Of a stretch of DNA of 64,000 nt, positions 29,765 to 39,712 are shown one piece after another (positions within the stretch are counted from its first letter, which is position 1; every line of letters begins with the position of its first letter). A program made the translations under genes and the position numbers. The notes under the pieces were generated by a model. The model had not been told where the DNA came from. It did not search any database and worked only from the letters and a program-made list of their open reading frames with translations. The stretch covers positions 224,626-288,625 of the forward strand of contig JANLHL010000016.1 in the NCBI GenBank assembly GCA_024654535.1. Reading direction: 5' to 3'. This stretch comes from Candidatus Roizmanbacteria bacterium. GTDB lineage: Bacteria; Patescibacteriota; Microgenomatia; UBA1406.

Positions 29765-32044
29765 TTATAAGTTAATAGTTTTGAGCCGTAATGAATTTGC
29801 AACAACTGAAACACTGGAGAAAGCCATGGCAAAACCCGCAAATACAGGATTTAGGAGCCATCCAAATAGTGGATAAAACAAACCAGCGGCTAGCGGAATA
29901 CCAACAATATTGTAAATAAATGCCCAAAACAAGTTCTGCTTTATACCACGCATCGTGAGCTTAGATAAGTGCACCGCCTTGACGACCTTTGAGATATCGC
30001 CATGCAAAAGCGTGATTCCTGCTGTTTCTATAGCAACGTCTGTGCCAGTCCCCATAGCTATCCCTACATCTGCCTGTGCTAAAGCAGGCGCATCATTTAT
30101 GCCATCTCCTGCCATGGCAACAACTGCTCCCATACTTTGTAGCTCTCTTACTTTTTTTAATTTATCACTCGGTAACGCATTCGCCACCACCTCTTTAATT
30201 CCTGCCTCATGCGCAATAAACTGGGCTGTATTATTATTATCTCCTGTAAGCATCACTACTTTTATACCAAGCTTATTGAGATCATAAACTGCCTTCTTTG
30301 CTTCGGGTTTAATAGTGTCCGCAACTAAAATATAACCCAAAACCTTTTTTTGATTGGCAATAATAATAGGTGTTTTTCCCAGTAAAGTATGTGCGTTTAT
30401 TTTTTTAGAATCGAACTGCAATTTTAAATCTTTTATAAGGAGACTGTTACCCACAAAATAACGAATATCTGCAACCGTACCTTTCAAACCCTTTCCTTTT
30501 ATAACCTCAAATCCCTCTACATGCGTGGTTTCGATTTTTCTCTCTTTTGCATAATGAGAAATTGCATACGCTATAGGATGCTCAGATTTGCTTTCAAGAG
30601 AAAACACGATGGATAGTAATTTTTTATCGCTCATATCTGACATGTTTTCAATATGCACAAGCTCTGGTTTACCTCTGGTAATTGTTCCTGTCTTATCAAC
30701 GACTATGACACTAGCTTTGTGCAACGTTTCTAGTGCAGAGGCGTCTTTTATTAAAATTCCTTCTGTTGCACCTTTGCCTACCCCAACAATAATCGCGGTA
30801 GGAGTAGCCAGTCCAAGCGCACAAGGACAAGCTATGACTAATACACCCACAAACGAAGTTAACCCGTAAGAAAGTGCCGTTGAAAAACCAAGGAATGATG
30901 TGCCTACCAAGAGCCATGTGCCAAGCGTAACGAACGCTAATACCAAAACTACAGGCACAAAAACGCTAGAAATAGAGTCTGCTAAGCTCTGAATTGGTGC
31001 ACGAGTACCTTGAGCTTCTTCAACCATTCTAATTATCTGTGAGAGCAGTGTCTCTGATCCAATTTTAGTTGCTTTAAAGATAAAATGACCCGTTGTATTA
31101 ATAGTACCTGCAACAACAGTGTCTTCCTTTTTTTTCTCAACAGGCATAGATTCCCCTGTTACTAAAGATTCGTCAACATAGGAAGCGCCTTCTACAACTA
31201 TTCCATCAACAGGAATGCAAGATCCAGGCTTTACCACAATCATATCGCCATGAACCAGTTCGCCTATTGCTACTTCTTTCTCAGCCCCGTTTCTGACAAC
31301 GAGTGCCGTTTTTGCTCGAAGATTGAGCAACTTACTTATAGCATCGGCTGTTTTTTCCTTTGCCTTAATCTCTAGGTATTTGCCAAGTGTAATAAAAGTT
31401 ATGACTATTATAGTGACATCGTAGTAGGTAGATCCAATAGTTATGTACTGCTTGACCACTTCTTCAAACGCCGTAACAACAAAGCTATACAGGAATGCAA
31501 CTGACGTACCAATACCTATGAGCGTATCCATATTTGCTTTTCCATATCGTAAAAATCTATATAAACCTTTCAGATAGGGCTTGCCAACAACAAAAAGCAT
31601 GTATGTGGCGAAAAGCGGTAAAAGGTGATGGAAAAACTCCATTGTTACTTTCGACTGTTCTGGAACAATATGCATACTGGCCAAAACATCCCATCCCATA
31701 ACAAATACACTAAACAGTGCAAGCGGTACTGAAATAAGTACTTTATCTCTCAAATCTGCAATGTGGCTTTTCTTATCCTTTTTCGACTGGCTCATATGGG
31801 AGTTATTATCAGAAGGCAACGCGTTCTCTTCTGGTGGAATAACGAGAGAGTAGCCAAGAGGCGCTATAACATCTGACATTTTTCTCGGACTTACTATAGA
31901 TGGGTCAAAATCTATCTTCACCTTTTCTGTCGCATAGTTCACGTCTAGTTTGTTAACACCATCAACTTTTCTTAACGTCTTTTGAATAATAGACGAACAA
32001 GAAGCACAATGCATACCGTTTACTTCAAACGTCTGTGTCTTCAT
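29765..32044 (-). CDS. copA: Cu(I)-translocating P1B-type ATPase
   Basis: GMHCASC, TGES, CPC, DKTGT, GDGINDAP, YN, MAFSS. Confidence 0.95.
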   Translation of the reverse strand: MKTQTFEVNGMHCASCSSIIQKTLRKVDGVNKLDVNYATEKVKIDFDPSIVSPRKMSDVIAPLGYSLVIPPEENALPSDNNSHMSQSKKDKKSHIADLRDKVLISVPLALFSVFVMGWDVLASMHIVPEQSKVTMEFFHHLLPLFATYMLFVVGKPYLKGLYRFLRYGKANMDTLIGIGTSVAFLYSFVVTAFEEVVKQYITIGSTYYDVTIIVITFITLGKYLEIKAKEKTADAISKLLNLRAKTALVVRNGAEKEVAIGELVHGDMIVVKPGSCIPVDGIVVEGASYVDESLVTGESMPVEKKKEDTVVAGTINTTGHFIFKATKIGSETLLSQIIRMVEEAQGTRAPIQSLADSISSVFVPVVLVLAFVTLGTWLLVGTSFLGFSTALSYGLTSFVGVLVIACPCALGLATPTAIIVGVGKGATEGILIKDASALETLHKASVIVVDKTGTITRGKPELVHIENMSDMSDKKLLSIVFSLESKSEHPIAYAISHYAKERKIETTHVEGFEVIKGKGLKGTVADIRYFVGNSLLIKDLKLQFDSKKINAHTLLGKTPIIIANQKKVLGYILVADTIKPEAKKAVYDLNKLGIKVVMLTGDNNNTAQFIAHEAGIKEVVANALPSDKLKKVRELQSMGAVVAMAGDGINDAPALAQADVGIAMGTGTDVAIETAGITLLHGDISKVVKAVHLSKLTMRGIKQNLFWAFIYNIVGIPLAAGLFYPLFGWLLNPVFAGFAMAFSSVSVVANSLRLKTINL

Positions 32045-32320
32045 CTATTTTCTTTTTAATTTGTAGACTTTAAGAATCTCTTGTTTTGCCTTATCTATTT
32101 GACCTGCATGCACCTGTTTTAAAATACAACCGCCTAAGTGATTTTCCAATAATAGGTCCTCAACATTAGAAAGTCCTTGCTTCACTGCTGATGTTTGAGT
32201 GATGACGTCTATACAATAGGTATCGTTAACAACCATATTCTCAAGCGCAGCTATCTGACCTTTTAAAATTTTAAACCTCTGTATAATTTTCTTCTTCGTT
32301 ATATCTTCCATGTATTTCAT
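32045..32320 (-). CDS. csoR: CsoR family copper-sensing repressor
   Basis: GQI...YCIDVITQ...HLGGC (C-H-C ligands). Confidence 0.9.
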   Translation of the reverse strand: MKYMEDITKKKIIQRFKILKGQIAALENMVVNDTYCIDVITQTSAVKQGLSNVEDLLLENHLGGCILKQVHAGQIDKAKQEILKVYKLKRK

Positions 32321-32326
32321 ATACAC

Positions 32327-32355
32327 ATACTATACCCCCAGGGGGGTATTGTCAA
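32327..32355 (-). promoter_or_regulatory. CsoR operator within the copper-operon promoter
   Basis: ATACCCCCAGGGGGGTAT palindrome (32332-32349) lying between TTGACA and TAGTAT (17-nt spacer). Confidence 0.85.
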
Positions 32356-32376
32356 TACACTATTTCAATCTCCTAT

Positions 32377-33045
32377 TTACTGGTTAGCGATAGCTTGTGA
32401 AAAAAGCTGTTTGATTAGTGCGAACGCCCTCTCTACTTGCTTCTCGGGCAACACAATAGTTATTTCCGTATACGTAGATACTACTTCGGTTATCGCAATT
32501 GTATTGAGTGCAAGTACTTTCAAAATCATATAGTACACACCGGGAGCATCAAGTATATCAACATGAAATCGTACTGTTATAGATGACAAATTACCAACTC
32601 TCATTATTACATCAGACGGCGAAAATAACTCATCTAAAATAGGCTTATTTTGTTTGGCAGTAATAATGGTTGTTTCAAAAACTCCTTGAGTAATAGTAAT
32701 AAATTCTCTGTTGTCATTGCTGCATTTTTCGAATAATTCTCCCCTCGCCTGGGCAACTTTTTTTGAATTTTTCAGTGTAAGTTCAATTAAACTTGATCGA
32801 ACAATTAAATCTGGAGATTGTGTCAATATTGAACTCAACGCAGAAGTGCGTACTTCATTTAGATCTAACCGTTTGAGTGCCATGACTATAGAACCCAACT
32901 CAACACGCTTCATCGTATTTTCTTCTACTTCGTGACGTATTTCTCGTGCATATGCAGAATGGTTTACTATTCCCCTTTTGAGAAGTTCACCTACATATGG
33001 TGACCGAATGACTATCGCCTGGACTACCTGTGGCACTGTTATCAT
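32377..33045 (-). CDS. ACT-domain putative regulator
   Basis: Helical N-terminus (GIVNHSAYAR) and C-terminal ACT-like PGVYY..L...I.I.EVVSTYTE; divergent from the lys operon. Confidence 0.75.
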   Translation of the reverse strand: MITVPQVVQAIVIRSPYVGELLKRGIVNHSAYAREIRHEVEENTMKRVELGSIVMALKRLDLNEVRTSALSSILTQSPDLIVRSSLIELTLKNSKKVAQARGELFEKCSNDNREFITITQGVFETTIITAKQNKPILDELFSPSDVIMRVGNLSSITVRFHVDILDAPGVYYMILKVLALNTIAITEVVSTYTEITIVLPEKQVERAFALIKQLFSQAIANQ

Positions 33046-33094
33046 GTTAAAATTTTAACATTTTATTCAGAAAAATACAATTTTACTGTTTTTT

Positions 33095-33123
33095 TTGACT
33101 TGCCTGTTCGTACCCTTTACACT
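33095..33123 (+). promoter_or_regulatory. Promoter of the lysW operon
   Basis: TTGACT-17 nt-TACACT. Confidence 0.7.
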
Positions 33124-33151
33124 CCACCTATTATTAGTTCATAAAAGACAT

Positions 33152-33325
33152 ATGAACACAAAATGCCCAGTATGCGACGGAGAAGTTACCGTAGAGCCAG
33201 GTACTATTGAAAGCGAAATTATACAGTGCCCAGACTGCTCAGCACGTTTAGTAGTTGAGAAAATTGAGGGTTCACACGTGTCAGTATCTGAAGCGCCAAA
33301 AGTTGAAGAAGATTGGGGCGAGTAA
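33152..33325 (+). CDS. lysW: Amino-group carrier protein LysW
   Basis: CPVC...CPDC zinc ribbon and diagnostic C-terminal EDWGE. Confidence 0.97.
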   Translation: MNTKCPVCDGEVTVEPGTIESEIIQCPDCSARLVVEKIEGSHVSVSEAPKVEEDWGE

Positions 33326-34177
33326 ATGATTACCATAGGATTACTTCACTCTACTATTCGTGGAGACGAAAAACTTATTTTAGAGGCAGCAAAAAAGAGA
33401 AATGTTACCGTTAAGCTGATAGACATACGGCGCTCAATATACTGCGAAGAAAATCCATTGAATCATATAGATGTGGCTCTCGAACGCTCTGTCTCGACGG
33501 TGAAAGGTATGTATGCAGCATATTATTATGAAAGTAAAAATATTCCAGTCGTTAATTCGACTGCTGTCGCTGCCATCTGTGAAGATAAATTTCTTACATC
33601 GTTAGCACTTATGAAGGCACGTGTTCCCACCATTCCCTTTGGAATGGCTTTTTCAGTGGTAGAGCTGGAATCTTTAATAGCGTCTATCGGTGGGTACCCC
33701 GTTGTCATAAAACCACCTGAAGGCTCATGGGGCAGACTTTTGGCAAAAATTAACGACAAGGATGCACTTGAAGCTGTCATAGAACATAAAGATGTTCTTG
33801 GAACTCCAAGCCACAAAGCGTTTTATGTACAAAAGTACATTCAGAAAAAACAAGGCCGTGACATTCGTGCATTTGTTATAGATGGACATACAATTTGTGC
33901 TATATACAGACATTCTCCACACTGGATTACCAATACTGCGCGGGGCGGTGTAGCAAGCAATTGTACTGTGGATAGCGAGCTTGCAACCATCTGCAAAAAT
34001 GCTTCGATAGCGGTTGATGGTGGAATACTTGCTATGGATGTTGTTGAAACAAAAGACGGCTACATAATAAATGAAATCAATCACACCATGGAATTTAAAA
34101 ATTCTGAGATGCCGACAAAGACAAGTATTTCAGGTTATATTGTAGATTATTGTCTACAAATAGCACAGACCCAATGA
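33326..34177 (+). CDS. lysX: LysW--aminoadipate ligase (RimK/ATP-grasp)
   Basis: GSWGRLLAK, RDIR, WITNTARGG, NEINHTMEF. Confidence 0.93.
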   Translation: MITIGLLHSTIRGDEKLILEAAKKRNVTVKLIDIRRSIYCEENPLNHIDVALERSVSTVKGMYAAYYYESKNIPVVNSTAVAAICEDKFLTSLALMKARVPTIPFGMAFSVVELESLIASIGGYPVVIKPPEGSWGRLLAKINDKDALEAVIEHKDVLGTPSHKAFYVQKYIQKKQGRDIRAFVIDGHTICAIYRHSPHWITNTARGGVASNCTVDSELATICKNASIAVDGGILAMDVVETKDGYIINEINHTMEFKNSEMPTKTSISGYIVDYCLQIAQTQ

Positions 34178-35223
34178 AAAAAATATCTGTCGCAATTTTA
34201 GGAGGATCTGGATACGCAGGAGGTGAGCTCATACGCTTACTTTTAAACCATCCGAACGTATCACTCGAAGCGGTAACATCACGCGCATATAAGGGAAAAT
34301 TTGTATACAGCGCTCACCCAAATTTGCGTGGACGGACACGGCTCCAATTCATAGACCCACATGAACTTTCTAAATATGATCTTCTTTTTGTGGCACTTCC
34401 CAACGGTGTTTCTATGAACACGATGAGCGACTTAATGAAGAAGGCTTCCAAGATTATTGATCTTGGTGCAGATTTTCGCTTAAACAGTGCTCAGGCATTT
34501 ACCGATTGGTATCATATGCCACACACTGCGCCAAAACTTATGAAGGAGTTTATATATGGTGTTATTGAACTCCATAGATCGGAAATTGCAAAGAGTAACT
34601 ACGTAGCTTGCGGTGGTTGCGAAGCAACCGTAAGCATACTTTCACTCTATCCACTCATCAAACATAGTCTTATCGAGACTAAAATTATTATAGATGCCAA
34701 GATGAGCAGTTCACAAGCAGGGCTTGTTCCTACGCTCTCATCGCATCATCCAGAACGCTCTGGAGTTGTGCGCTCGTACATGCCAACTGGCCACCGACAC
34801 ACGGCAGAAATAATAACAGAAATGACACCGTATACCAGCGAGCCGCTTGATGTAGCAATATCAGCAACGAGTCTCGACATGGTACGAGGTATCTTAGTTA
34901 CTATTCATACTACCCCACGCACAGGTGTTTCGGAAAAAGATATTTGGCGAGCGTATAGAGAAGAATACGAGAACGAACCATTTATCCGAATAGTAAAAGA
35001 ACGCAGTGGATTATACCGCTATCCAGAACCAAAAATTCTCGCTGGGACCAATTTTTGTGATATTGGTTTTGAGATGGATACTCGATCAAAAAGACTTGTT
35101 GTCATTGGCGCAATAGATAACCTTGTGAAAGGTACCGCAGGACAGGCAATGCAGGATATGAACTGTATGTTTGGGTTCGAAGAAACGACAGGATTAGAAT
35201 TTTTAGGGCTCCATCCTATTTAA
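34174..35223 (+). CDS. lysY: LysW-aminoadipyl-phosphate reductase (ArgC family)
   Basis: GGSGYAGGE, DLGADFR, HHPER, HRH, DNLVKGTAGQA. Confidence 0.92.
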   Translation: MKKISVAILGGSGYAGGELIRLLLNHPNVSLEAVTSRAYKGKFVYSAHPNLRGRTRLQFIDPHELSKYDLLFVALPNGVSMNTMSDLMKKASKIIDLGADFRLNSAQAFTDWYHMPHTAPKLMKEFIYGVIELHRSEIAKSNYVACGGCEATVSILSLYPLIKHSLIETKIIIDAKMSSSQAGLVPTLSSHHPERSGVVRSYMPTGHRHTAEIITEMTPYTSEPLDVAISATSLDMVRGILVTIHTTPRTGVSEKDIWRAYREEYENEPFIRIVKERSGLYRYPEPKILAGTNFCDIGFEMDTRSKRLVVIGAIDNLVKGTAGQAMQDMNCMFGFEETTGLEFLGLHPI

Positions 35224-35225
35224 CA

Positions 35226-36446
35226 ATGACAAAAGAACACAACTTCAAGGGGGTCATAGACACAACGCTCCGTGATGGCCAACAATCACCTCTCATGTTC
35301 GATACCTTTACGTATCGATTCGGACTTGACGATAAAATAAAAATTGTTGACGGCTTATTAGCGCTCGGTGTACAAAATATTGAATTCTTTTCTCCGGTTG
35401 TCAGTGAAACTGAAGGCAAAGATTTTGCTGTACTGAGACAGAGAATAAAATCAAATAATCCCAATGTACAGCTTCTCGCTCACTGTCGCACACACCCAAC
35501 AGATATAGAAAAAGCTCTTAATGCGGGGTTTGATGGTCTAAATTTATACATGGGTGTTTCACAAGAAGCACAACACCATAGTCATGGGTTAGCCATATCG
35601 GACATTGCACAGCGAGTACGAGATACTATCGAACCTCTGCGAAGGGCTAACCCAAACTTATATATTCGATTCAGCGGTGAAGATTGCTTTCGGACTGAAT
35701 TGAAAGATATATACAAAGTCTACGATGGTGTTTCAGATTTGGTCAATACATTCGGTATGCCAGACACTGTTGGAATTGCAACACCAGAACTTGTACGCAA
35801 AAGAGTCAACGCCCTTAGGAAAAGATACCCTGATATAGCTTTGGAATGCCATTTTCACAATGACCGTGGATATTCCCTGATGAATGCCGTTACTGCAGTA
35901 TTGTGTGGGGCGTCATATATCGACACATCAGTTTGGGGCTTGGCTGAACGATCTGGAATAACGTCAGTAACCGGCTTACTGTTTAATCTTTTCCAAGAAG
36001 ATCCAACACTTTGTGATGGATACAATATTGAAGTATGTTATCCGCTGAATGCGTTAATGGCAACCATGCTCGGTATGCAGGTACCATACACTGAACCGGT
36101 ATCATTAACCAATCGCACACATACGGCAGGGGTCCATACAAAAGCTGTATTAAATAGCGCAGGAACGTATGAAGCGATGGACTTAGCTCGATTTGGGGTA
36201 ACAACAAACCAATTACTACTTGGACCACTAAGTGGCTGGAATCTCATTTACTACTACCTTCGAGAAATCAAAGGATATGAACTCAGTAAAGAAGAAGCTC
36301 AGCAAATCTCAAGTGATTTTAAGAACCAAGCGGGAAGAATTGACAGAAGTCGCAGTCCTGAATTGGTATTAATGGACGTCATTGCCCCTTATCAGTTATC
36401 GAAAATCCCTACGCAAGATATGACGGGAAGAATTGAAAATCTATGA
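35226..36446 (+). CDS. Homocitrate synthase-like DRE-TIM enzyme
   Basis: IDTTLRDGQQ, RFSGED, HFHNDRG, AGVHTKAV; no LeuA regulatory domain. Confidence 0.8.
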   Translation: MTKEHNFKGVIDTTLRDGQQSPLMFDTFTYRFGLDDKIKIVDGLLALGVQNIEFFSPVVSETEGKDFAVLRQRIKSNNPNVQLLAHCRTHPTDIEKALNAGFDGLNLYMGVSQEAQHHSHGLAISDIAQRVRDTIEPLRRANPNLYIRFSGEDCFRTELKDIYKVYDGVSDLVNTFGMPDTVGIATPELVRKRVNALRKRYPDIALECHFHNDRGYSLMNAVTAVLCGASYIDTSVWGLAERSGITSVTGLLFNLFQEDPTLCDGYNIEVCYPLNALMATMLGMQVPYTEPVSLTNRTHTAGVHTKAVLNSAGTYEAMDLARFGVTTNQLLLGPLSGWNLIYYYLREIKGYELSKEEAQQISSDFKNQAGRIDRSRSPELVLMDVIAPYQLSKIPTQDMTGRIENL

Positions 36447-37243
36447 TCATAATTAAAATTGGCGGCGGCAAAGACATCCGATGGGACTATATTGCCAAAA
36501 ATTTAAAAACATTTATAAAAAAACATACCTGTGTAATCATTCACGGTGCCAGCACACTGAGGGATTCTATTGGTCAAAAGATGAATGTGCCGACACAGAC
36601 AGTAATATCCCCTTCTGGTATAAGCAGCGTTATCACCGACGAGAGAGCACTCGAAGTATTTCTTATGGCATACGCAGGCGTTGCAAATAAAACGATTGTT
36701 GCACAACTTCTAAAACACTCTATTCCTGCAATTGGCATGACTGGAGTGGATGGTATGCTGTGGACTGCTCGAGCAAAGCCAAATCTGTTTGTAAAAGAAG
36801 GGGAAAAAACACGATTAGTACGAAATAATCTTACCGGGAGAGTTGAGAAAGTAAACACAGTTCTCCTCAATATCTTACTTAAAGGTGGATACATACCAGT
36901 AATAACCGCACCTGCAATCACCGAGTCTGGAACGATAGTAAATACAGACAACGATTGGGCAACGGCTATAACCGCAGCTGCACTAAAGGCAACATCTATT
37001 ATCTATCTTTTTGAAGCACCAGGACTACTGAAGGACTTTAATGATCCTTCCAGTATTATTCCACGCATACGTAAAAATGAATTACAGAGTTTCTTACCGA
37101 ATGCACAAGGTAGAATGAAAAAAAAACTTATTGGAGCTATGGAAGCTCTAAACAGAGGGGTTGAACACATATATTTTGGTGACGGGCGGATAGAAAATCC
37201 ATTAGATAGTGCCATCTTGGGGAATGGCACCGTTATTGCGTAA
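36443..37243 (+). CDS. lysZ: LysW-aminoadipate kinase (ArgB family)
   Basis: IKIGG, HG, SPSG..S..TD, NTDND, GRMKKK. Confidence 0.92.
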   Translation: MIIIKIGGGKDIRWDYIAKNLKTFIKKHTCVIIHGASTLRDSIGQKMNVPTQTVISPSGISSVITDERALEVFLMAYAGVANKTIVAQLLKHSIPAIGMTGVDGMLWTARAKPNLFVKEGEKTRLVRNNLTGRVEKVNTVLLNILLKGGYIPVITAPAITESGTIVNTDNDWATAITAAALKATSIIYLFEAPGLLKDFNDPSSIIPRIRKNELQSFLPNAQGRMKKKLIGAMEALNRGVEHIYFGDGRIENPLDSAILGNGTVIA

Positions 37244-37247
37244 CCAC

Positions 37248-38453
37248 ATGAACTACAAAACAATACAAGATAATTTTATAGCACAAACATATCCAAATCG
37301 GGGTGTTACTTTTGTACGAGGAAAGGGTTCATATCTCTTTGATGAAAATGGAGAAAAATACATCGATATGCTCGGTGGTAGCTATGGTGTGGGAGTTTTA
37401 GGATATGGAATTGGTTCAATTACGAAGGCACTACAGTCCCAAATAAATACTCTTTTTGTGTTGCATTCGTCATTTTCAAATGACAAACGTTCGCTTGCAA
37501 GTTTCAAACTTATACAGAATGTATCGAAAGCTGGTTTCACCAATTTAAAACGTGTTTTTTGGTCTAATTCTGGTGCAGAAAGCATTGAGGCTGCACTCAA
37601 GTTTGCAATGCTGTATACAAAAAAGTATAGGCTCATTGCAGCAATAAATAGCTATCATGGCAAAACACTTGGAGCACTGTCGATAAATAACTCAGGCAAC
37701 GGTAAATATCAAACACCATTTAAAAACGTACTACTGCCGGTTGATTGGATACGCTTCGGGGATATCCATTCATTAGAACAGGTCATTTCAACACATCATG
37801 CAGCAGTCATTCTGGAGCCAATTCAGGGTGAAGGAGGTGTTATTACTCCCCCACCAGACTACTTCCCAAAAGTCTATACGTTATGCAAAAAATACAATGT
37901 GCCACTTATTATCGATGAAATTCAAACCGGTTTAGGCAGAACCGGTACTATGTACAATAGTCAACGATACATACAAAATGGCTTTACTTGCGATATGCTC
38001 TGCCTCGGAAAAGGCCTTGCCTATGGTATTCCTGTAGGAGCAACGGTTATTTCAGATCGCATAAACAGTGCCCTTTCAAAAGGTATTCATACCAGCACGT
38101 TTGGAGCAAATCCTCTTGCAATGACTGGAGTTTACGAAGTACTGTCGTACTTAGAGACTCATCCGCGTCTTGTGACAAACGCCACCGCAAAAGGCGCCTA
38201 TATTCGTAATAATCTTGAGACTCTCAAAAAAAGATATCCCACCATTACCGATATTTCTGGAACAGGCTTGATGATTGGCATTGGGCTTTCTATAGATCCG
38301 ATAATAGTACTTAAAAAACTACAAGAACAACACATTATAGCTGCACCGACCAGTACAAACCGCATTCGTTTCTTACCGGCGCTCACCATTCAAAAAAAAG
38401 ATATAGATAGTACACTTGATGCATTTTCAATAGTACTCAGTTCGTACAAATAA
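37248..38453 (+). CDS. lysJ: Class III PLP aminotransferase (LysJ/ArgD)
   Basis: NSGAES, YHGKT, EPIQGEGG, DEIQTG, LGKGL, STFG. Confidence 0.9.
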   Translation: MNYKTIQDNFIAQTYPNRGVTFVRGKGSYLFDENGEKYIDMLGGSYGVGVLGYGIGSITKALQSQINTLFVLHSSFSNDKRSLASFKLIQNVSKAGFTNLKRVFWSNSGAESIEAALKFAMLYTKKYRLIAAINSYHGKTLGALSINNSGNGKYQTPFKNVLLPVDWIRFGDIHSLEQVISTHHAAVILEPIQGEGGVITPPPDYFPKVYTLCKKYNVPLIIDEIQTGLGRTGTMYNSQRYIQNGFTCDMLCLGKGLAYGIPVGATVISDRINSALSKGIHTSTFGANPLAMTGVYEVLSYLETHPRLVTNATAKGAYIRNNLETLKKRYPTITDISGTGLMIGIGLSIDPIIVLKKLQEQHIIAAPTSTNRIRFLPALTIQKKDIDSTLDAFSIVLSSYK

Positions 38454-38454
38454 C

Positions 38455-39117
38455 ATGTGCCGATTTCTCATAGCAAAATCAAGAGAGAATTTTAAGCCTC
38501 AAGAAATACTCACATCTTTTTCTCGTATGGCTCAAAAGAGTCGCGCCTTTGATGGAGACCGACAAGAAGACGGTTGGGGTATGAGTTGGTGGGGTAACGG
38601 AACATGGGAACAGTATGTATCAATAAAACCAATATGGTACGACACACACATGTTCTCCTATGCGCCTCAAACAAAATATTTTGCAGTACATGCACGCAGC
38701 GCCTCGTTTACTAATCACAAAAATACAATTGCATATAATCAACCGTTTATCTATCAAAAGTATGCATTTGTTTTTAATGGACTTTTAAAGGGTGTTACAC
38801 TGCCCTACCCACTCGAAGGTACCATTGGTTCACAAAAAATATTCTCGCTACTGCGCACGTTTTTAAGTAAAATGCCGCCTAAAAAGGCGTTGGTAGAAAC
38901 AGTAAAGATCATAACTACGCACACACGCCATGTACAAGCGCTCAATATGGGTTTGTGTGATGGATCAAAAATATATGCCTATACACACTACTCCAAGTAT
39001 CCTCAGTATTACCATCTACAACATGCGTATGCCGGAAAAATACATATAGTATCTTCCGAGGCTATAGAACATTTTGATTTCTCTTTGTTACCGAAAGAGT
39101 CTGTATATGTTAGGTAA
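38455..39117 (+). CDS. Class II glutamine amidotransferase-like Ntn-hydrolase (EgtC/YafJ-like)
   Basis: MCRF (Cys2 nucleophile), DGWG, HARSAS, NQPF, FNG, SSE. Confidence 0.88.
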   Translation: MCRFLIAKSRENFKPQEILTSFSRMAQKSRAFDGDRQEDGWGMSWWGNGTWEQYVSIKPIWYDTHMFSYAPQTKYFAVHARSASFTNHKNTIAYNQPFIYQKYAFVFNGLLKGVTLPYPLEGTIGSQKIFSLLRTFLSKMPPKKALVETVKIITTHTRHVQALNMGLCDGSKIYAYTHYSKYPQYYHLQHAYAGKIHIVSSEAIEHFDFSLLPKESVYVR

Positions 39118-39688
39118 AAAGAAGTTTTTTAATTTCCCCAAGCGTTCCTTGCTCTTTTGCTTTTAAAAAGGCAAGTGTCAACTCTCGGTCGCGATAATTA
39201 TCATCGAGGATGATCTTTAAATATTCATCGAATGTTACCATTTTGAGAGAGATTTTTTCACCACTATCAAGATTCTGAGGCTTCACAACGCGACACTTCT
39301 TGGCTATAAACGTAAAGATAGCCCAATCCATAACACTTGATGGTTGTACACTCATCCAGAATTGCCACGTATCAGACACCATACCTGCTTCTTCCAACAA
39401 CTCCCGCTTTGCAGCCTCCAAAGGGTTTTCTTCAAGGTCTAAACGTCCTCCGATGCTTCCTATAAATGGATCTATACCAGGCTGTTCTTGGTGAGTAATG
39501 ACAATTTTTTGATCATTGGTAATGGGTAACACATTGACCGTATCGACGCGCTTTATTTTCTCAAATATTGCCGTAGTACCATCAAACATTTTCTGCTCCC
39601 AATGGTATACATCAAGCATTTTTCCTTTGAAAACACGAGTAGCATGCGGAGGGATATTCAGTTTAGACCGCGCTCTGGTAATCTCCAT
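39110..39688 (-). CDS. NUDIX hydrolase
   Basis: GG.....ENPLEAAKRELLEEAG Nudix box. Confidence 0.92.
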   Translation of the reverse strand: MEITRARSKLNIPPHATRVFKGKMLDVYHWEQKMFDGTTAIFEKIKRVDTVNVLPITNDQKIVITHQEQPGIDPFIGSIGGRLDLEENPLEAAKRELLEEAGMVSDTWQFWMSVQPSSVMDWAIFTFIAKKCRVVKPQNLDSGEKISLKMVTFDEYLKIILDDNYRDRELTLAFLKAKEQGTLGEIKKLLFT

Positions 39689-39712
39689 GTCGAAATTATA
39701 GCACAAAGGAAG

